From: an uncultured Nitrospiraceae bacterium | Lineage (GTDB): Bacteria > Nitrospirota > Nitrospiria > Nitrospirales > Nitrospiraceae | Assembly (NCBI GenBank): GCA_963846575.1 | Contig: CAWJWJ010000001.1 | Location: forward strand, 1,152,001 to 1,216,000 | DNA: 64,000 nt | Reading direction: 5' to 3' | Part shown: positions 59,560 through 64,000 of the stretch, one piece after another | Position numbering within the stretch: the first letter of the stretch is position 1 | Layout: each line of letters begins with the position of its first letter | The notes under the pieces: model-generated | What the model saw: only the letters and a program-made list of their open reading frames with translations | Database searches by the model: none | What the model was told of the DNA's origin: nothing | Made by a program: the position numbers and the translations under genes

Positions 59560-61524
59560 ATGAACGGATTGTTGACCATCCTACTGTTGCTGTGGAGCCT
59601 TGCACCGGCCCATGCGGAGTCAGGCACGCTGCCGCTCCCTGGCGAGGCCTTTGTCGCGCTTCCCCGTATCTCCTCCATTGAACTGTCCCCCTCCGGCAAA
59701 CATCTCGCAGCAGTCAGGAACCGTGGCGGCAACACGGAACTCCTGACACAAACCGTAACAGGTGAGGATGCGCACGTCGCCGTCATCACCGACAATCGGG
59801 AATTTGTCATCACCTGGTTCCGGTGGGTGAATGACGAACGTCTGCTGGTCGGTACCAGATTTACGGACCCGGGGGCCGGGCTCGACTCGCAAGAAACACG
59901 GCTGTTATCGGTTAACCGGGACGGAACACAACAGAACCCCAATCTGTTCAAGCAGACTACCTTGTCCTCTATTTTTGGAAAGAAACATCTTCCTCAACTC
60001 CAGGATCGTCTCGTGGAAATTCTGCCGGGTGATCCCCGGCAGGTGCTGATCGCGCTCGACATGGAGCATCCCCTGTCGCCGGATGTGTACGCGGTGGATG
60101 TGTACTCCGGTGAGCGGCAACTGATACAGGCGAATCCGGGGGCAGAGCCAGGCCCCCGCACGGTGCTGCAGTGGATTGCCGATCGTACGGGACAGGTGCG
60201 GGTTGGAGTCGGCCAATTTCACACCACGGTTCGGGTCGTCTACCGGGCTCCGGACTCCATCATCTGGCGGGACCTGGCCGAATATGATCTCGCCAAGGAA
60301 ACCGGCCTGATTCCCCTGGCCTTCGACGCCGACCCTGCCTGGCTCTATGTCCGGGATCAACACCGTGGCCGGGCCGCGATCTTTAAGATGAACCTCGCCG
60401 ATCGGAGCGTTGACCGCATACTCGTGGCCTCGGATCCGAAGTTCGATCTCGCGGGAGAATTGGTCTACGCGCCTTGGAAGCGAAAGGTCGTCGGCGTGAG
60501 GTACGGCGAAGAAGACGCCCGGGTGTTGTTTTGGGACTTCGACGCGCAACGCCTCCAGGCCCGTATCGACCGGGCGATTCCGGGACGCGTCAACGTGATT
60601 CACAGCAGCAGTCACGACGGGCGCTTCCATATTGTGAAGTCGGGTGGTCCGGCCCAATCCCCGGACCATTACATCTTCGACGAGCGTGACGGTCGCATGA
60701 CATTGCTCGGTAGATCCTACCCCGATCTTGATGAGGACGAGCTGCGGGTTCCGAAAGCGGTTACGATCGTGGCGCGCGACGGGAAAGAGTTGCATGCCTC
60801 GTTGACCGTTCCCAGGAATCGAAATCCCGAAAAGCTATCCCTCATCGTGTTTCCCCATGGAGGGCCGGCATCGCACGAGCGGGATGCGTTTAATTACTGG
60901 ACCCAGTGGTTTGTGAGTCGGGGCTGGGCGGTGTTGCAGGTCGACTTCCGGGGATCCGAGGGGTACGGCGATGATTTTTTGCGGATCGGATTCCAGCGCT
61001 GGGGGCTGGAGATGCAGGACGATTTGACTGACAGTGCAGAGTGGGCGATTCATGCCGGCCACGCGAGCGCAGACCGGATGTGCGTGGTCGGGGCAGATTA
61101 TGGCGGCTATGCGGCCCTCATGGGAGCGGCCCAAACACCGGAGTTGTACCGCTGTGTCGTGAGTGTCGGCGGGGTCACCGACCTGCTGCAGATTGTGGGC
61201 GACCAGCGCTGGTATCTGAACCAGAAGCTCCTGGTCGAGTCGAAGATTACCTCCTGGTGGAACGATCGCGAGCGATTGCGGGACACTTCACCCGTGTTTC
61301 AAGCGAAGGACATACGGACACCGCTTCTCCTGATCCATGGGGCCATGGACCGCATCGTGCCGGTCTCCCACGGACGCGCCATGGCCGAAGCGCTGAGGGA
61401 CGCAAAGGTCACGACCTACCGCTATGTCGAACTTCCCCTGGCTGACCATGTCCTCAGTCGTGAGCAGGACCGCTTTCAGCTGTTTTCCGACCTGGAACAG
61501 TTCCTGAGTCAATACCTGAACTAA
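59560..61524 (+). CDS. Exported S9 (prolyl oligopeptidase/acylaminoacyl peptidase)-like hydrolase with Asp in the nucleophile position
   Basis: Signal peptide (AHA-E), propeller, PHGGP, DFRGSEGYG, GADYGGY, HGAMDRIV, ADH. Confidence 0.85.
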   Translation: MNGLLTILLLLWSLAPAHAESGTLPLPGEAFVALPRISSIELSPSGKHLAAVRNRGGNTELLTQTVTGEDAHVAVITDNREFVITWFRWVNDERLLVGTRFTDPGAGLDSQETRLLSVNRDGTQQNPNLFKQTTLSSIFGKKHLPQLQDRLVEILPGDPRQVLIALDMEHPLSPDVYAVDVYSGERQLIQANPGAEPGPRTVLQWIADRTGQVRVGVGQFHTTVRVVYRAPDSIIWRDLAEYDLAKETGLIPLAFDADPAWLYVRDQHRGRAAIFKMNLADRSVDRILVASDPKFDLAGELVYAPWKRKVVGVRYGEEDARVLFWDFDAQRLQARIDRAIPGRVNVIHSSSHDGRFHIVKSGGPAQSPDHYIFDERDGRMTLLGRSYPDLDEDELRVPKAVTIVARDGKELHASLTVPRNRNPEKLSLIVFPHGGPASHERDAFNYWTQWFVSRGWAVLQVDFRGSEGYGDDFLRIGFQRWGLEMQDDLTDSAEWAIHAGHASADRMCVVGADYGGYAALMGAAQTPELYRCVVSVGGVTDLLQIVGDQRWYLNQKLLVESKITSWWNDRERLRDTSPVFQAKDIRTPLLLIHGAMDRIVPVSHGRAMAEALRDAKVTTYRYVELPLADHVLSREQDRFQLFSDLEQFLSQYLN

Positions 61525-61624
61525 ATCGCAGTTTCGAGCGCTTCTGTAGCATCCATGAGCAGGCGTCGGTAGACAGGTATTCTGAAACGGAGTATTGAGT
61601 AGGGAGTTTGAACGGTAGCCTCTC

Positions 61625-61960
61625 ATGATTCAGCCATCACTCAAACAAACCTTGTCTCGCATCGCACTCGCCATGGCGGGGGTCTACTTCGTCCTGGCCA
61701 TGACCACGGCCGGCTGCCTCCTGGCCCACGCTGTGGCATCGTCGGGCGGTCACCACCAGCACTCCGGCACTGAGTCCCATTCGCTGCTGTGTTCCTGGGC
61801 CTGCCAGGCGACGTCGGATGCCGGGCCGATCAGTTATGGACCTGCCTCGGTCATGCGGGTCGATCAATTCAATGAGACTTCACCGCCTGACTCCATCATC
61901 AGCAGTGGAATCTCCTCATCCCTCCATGCTCGTGCTCCGCCGGTCCTCGCGAGGGGATAG
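61625..61960 (+). CDS. DUF2946/CruR/CutF-like leader protein 3 (His-rich, CSWAC, C-terminal RAPP)
   Basis: Hydrophobic segment, GGHHQHSGTESH, LCSWAC, HARAPPVLARG*. Confidence 0.8.
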   Translation: MIQPSLKQTLSRIALAMAGVYFVLAMTTAGCLLAHAVASSGGHHQHSGTESHSLLCSWACQATSDAGPISYGPASVMRVDQFNETSPPDSIISSGISSSLHARAPPVLARG

Positions 61961-62343
61961 TTCGGGCGGAGCGCACGTCGCTAACAATTCGCGGGGACAC
62001 TGAACACTGTCCCGTCACGGCAAATCTCCGGGCGGGAAGATGATCCGTCCCCTGATCCGCCACCTCCGGGCGTTCGGCCCGAGCTATCGACTTGAGACTG
62101 TGACCTGGTCGTCCGGGAGGACGCTGTCCTTCCTGTATCAGGGTGGAGCGGGTTGCTGTCAGAGAAGCACGCAATGATTGATGGGTCTATGAAACGATGA
62201 GACGATCACGACGGATCCTGGAGTTGTGCACCCTTCTCCAGGATCTGCCCTCCGGGGCGAGAGGGGCGGCCTCCCCCCTCACCCCGGCCCTTCGGGGAGA
62301 GGCGGCGCGATTCTGTCCATCGAGAGGTCACACAGGAAACCAT

Positions 62344-63546
62344 ATGATGCAACCTGGAAACAGCATGCGGAAGGAATCAGCTGGTCGGCCGGGTCGGAAG
62401 AGTGCGTTTGCAACGGTCTGTCTCTGTCTGGCGTTGTGCGTGGAATTCGAATGGCAGGGCACCGGCCGGGAGCTCTGGGCGGCGGAACAGGGCGGATGGT
62501 CGCTTCTGCTGGCCAACGGGACGCAGGCACGGGAGGAAGCGCGTTACGCCGAGGCCGAGCATCTGTTGGCACAGGCGCTGCGTGAAGCTGAGCAAGACGG
62601 GTCCGATTCCGGTCGGATCGCGACGGCTGCCAATAATCTGGGGCTGCTCTACCACGATCAAGGACGGCTCGCCGAGGCGCAGACCCTGTATGCGCGGGCC
62701 CTCGGCACCTGGGAAGCGCTCTATGGACCGGAGCATGAACAGGTCGCCGCAGCATTGAACAATCTGGCGGAAATCGCCCAGGCCGAGGGAGACTGGGTCA
62801 AGGCGGAGCCGTTGTATGAGCGGGTACTGGCAATCGAGCGTAACGTGTTGGGCGCGGCGCATCCCGACGTGGCGATCAGTCTCAACAACCTGGCCGAACT
62901 CTATCGGAAGCAAGGCCGTGATGCCGCGGCAGAATCCCTGTATCGCCTGGCGCTCACCCTCCTGGAGGAAGCCTACGGTGCCGAGCACCAGGAATTGGGA
63001 GCCGTGCTCAACAACCTGGCCGTTCTTTATAAAAGCCGGGGGTTATATGTGTGGGCGGAACCGCTGTATTTGCGGGCATTGGCGATACGCCGTGCTCGAT
63101 TCGGTGACGAGCATCCTGTGGTTGTCACGAGCTTGAACAATCTTGGCTGCCTGTATCACGCGGAAGGTCTCTATGCTTCCGCCCAACGGTCGTTCGATCA
63201 GGCCCTGGCCGTTTCAGAACGGGTGTCCGGTCCTCAGACCTCCTTGACGGGGACGATTGTCGGCAATATGGGGCTGCTCGCGGATGAACAGGGTCTGTTT
63301 ACCGAAGCCCAGCTCCTTTATCAGCGCGCGCTCGTGATCCAGCAACGGCAACTGGGACTCCACCATCCGCTGGTCGGGCTCTTGTTCGAGCGGTATGCGA
63401 GGGTGCTCGAGCGGGTGGGGCAACCGGTCGAGGCCGGGTTGTATGCCGCCCGGGCGGCATCGATTCGTGCCGGGTCGGGGGCACAGGCTTCGAGGAAGCA
63501 AGCCGCCGTCAACGAGGATCCGTCCGCGGGAGCATTTTCGCGATAA
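62344..63546 (+). CDS. TPR protein (kinesin-light-chain-like 42-aa repeats), probably exported; start uncertain
   Basis: Repeats of HP.VA.SLNNLA.LY..QG....AE.LY.RAL.I; hydrophobic N-terminal segment. Confidence 0.85.
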   Translation: MMQPGNSMRKESAGRPGRKSAFATVCLCLALCVEFEWQGTGRELWAAEQGGWSLLLANGTQAREEARYAEAEHLLAQALREAEQDGSDSGRIATAANNLGLLYHDQGRLAEAQTLYARALGTWEALYGPEHEQVAAALNNLAEIAQAEGDWVKAEPLYERVLAIERNVLGAAHPDVAISLNNLAELYRKQGRDAAAESLYRLALTLLEEAYGAEHQELGAVLNNLAVLYKSRGLYVWAEPLYLRALAIRRARFGDEHPVVVTSLNNLGCLYHAEGLYASAQRSFDQALAVSERVSGPQTSLTGTIVGNMGLLADEQGLFTEAQLLYQRALVIQQRQLGLHHPLVGLLFERYARVLERVGQPVEAGLYAARAASIRAGSGAQASRKQAAVNEDPSAGAFSR

Positions 63547-63722
63547 CGCGTCCGGTAGCGCGGGTGGGAGGTGCCTGCGCCATGTACCTCCGATCGGCCT
63601 CCGGTGACGGCAGCTGCCGCGGGTTGCGGACTCTGCCCTTCCTCCGGACGACGGTATCGTACCAGTGATCGGTGGACGGAGCTCGATGGTTGGACTGCGC
63701 TGACCACGCAGTGAGCTCCGAC

Positions 63723-63752
63723 GAGGGAAGCGTACACCCATGCGCTTCCCTC
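63723..63752. other. Strong GC-rich hairpin in a multi-hairpin intergenic region
   Basis: GAGGGAAGCG ... CGCTTCCCTC 10-bp perfect stem; no U-tract on either side. Confidence 0.45.
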
Positions 63753-64000
63753 TCCCACCTTCCTTGGTTTCCTCGAATCAGCCTGGGTTCGTGAACACCG
63801 TGCCTGAAGCGTCACCGTAGAGCCGCGCCGGTCTCTGTCGCGGATTGATGCGATTCTGTAGCAAACATCGGCATCCGTGAGTGTCCGTCTGTAGACGGCG
63901 AAAGGTAACGCGGGTTATAAGTCCGGTTCCGAAAGGGGGCAGTCATGGGCGGGTTTGTTCTCGTTATGGTCTAAGTTCTGATATTGGCCGGCTGGTCGCC

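Noticed and set aside
61961..62343. Cobalamin or other known riboswitch near the TonB receptors
   Set aside because: No B12-box or other recognisable riboswitch consensus found by eye here or before either receptor; an Rfam scan is needed to exclude it fully.
62600..63400. CRISPR-like or DNA tandem repeats (recurring AACAAYCTGG)
   Set aside because: These are codons for the NNL motif of 42-aa TPR repeats within an ORF.

Overview
GC-rich bacterial chromosomal window. Gene content and style suggest Nitrospira/Nitrospirota, but this is inferred, not searched. The housekeeping core comprises uvrC, a dapF-like gene, gloA, a complete single-nuoM nuoA-N complex I operon preceded by a MidA/NDUFAF7-type methyltransferase, and secA (split by a 1-bp frameshift). 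Three accessory regions stand out. (1) 8.8-15.4 kb: a LuxR solo with a non-canonical ligand pocket. A near-perfect 20-bp lux-box-like palindrome sits symmetrically between a cytochrome P450 and a divergent nitroreductase-like + atypical FabF-like ketosynthase operon, making this a candidate non-AHL signalling/biosynthesis module. (2) 15.5-19.2 kb: a five-gene envelope operon ending in what looks like a split, secreted copper-amine-oxidase-like enzyme. (3) 47.3-63.5 kb: a TonB-dependent uptake/periplasmic redox locus with THREE small exported leader proteins sharing a His-rich patch, a CxWxC motif and a C-terminal RAPP ribosome-arrest motif 41-42 residues later (CruR/CutF/DUF2946-like). This suggests a multi-checkpoint, metal-sensing, ribosome-stalling regulatory cascade. 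Several enzymes carry catalytic-residue swaps: DapF Cys->Ser twice, FabF His->Cys, S9 peptidase Ser->Asp, and a degenerate receiver domain. No rRNA, tRNA, CRISPR or IS element was recognised.
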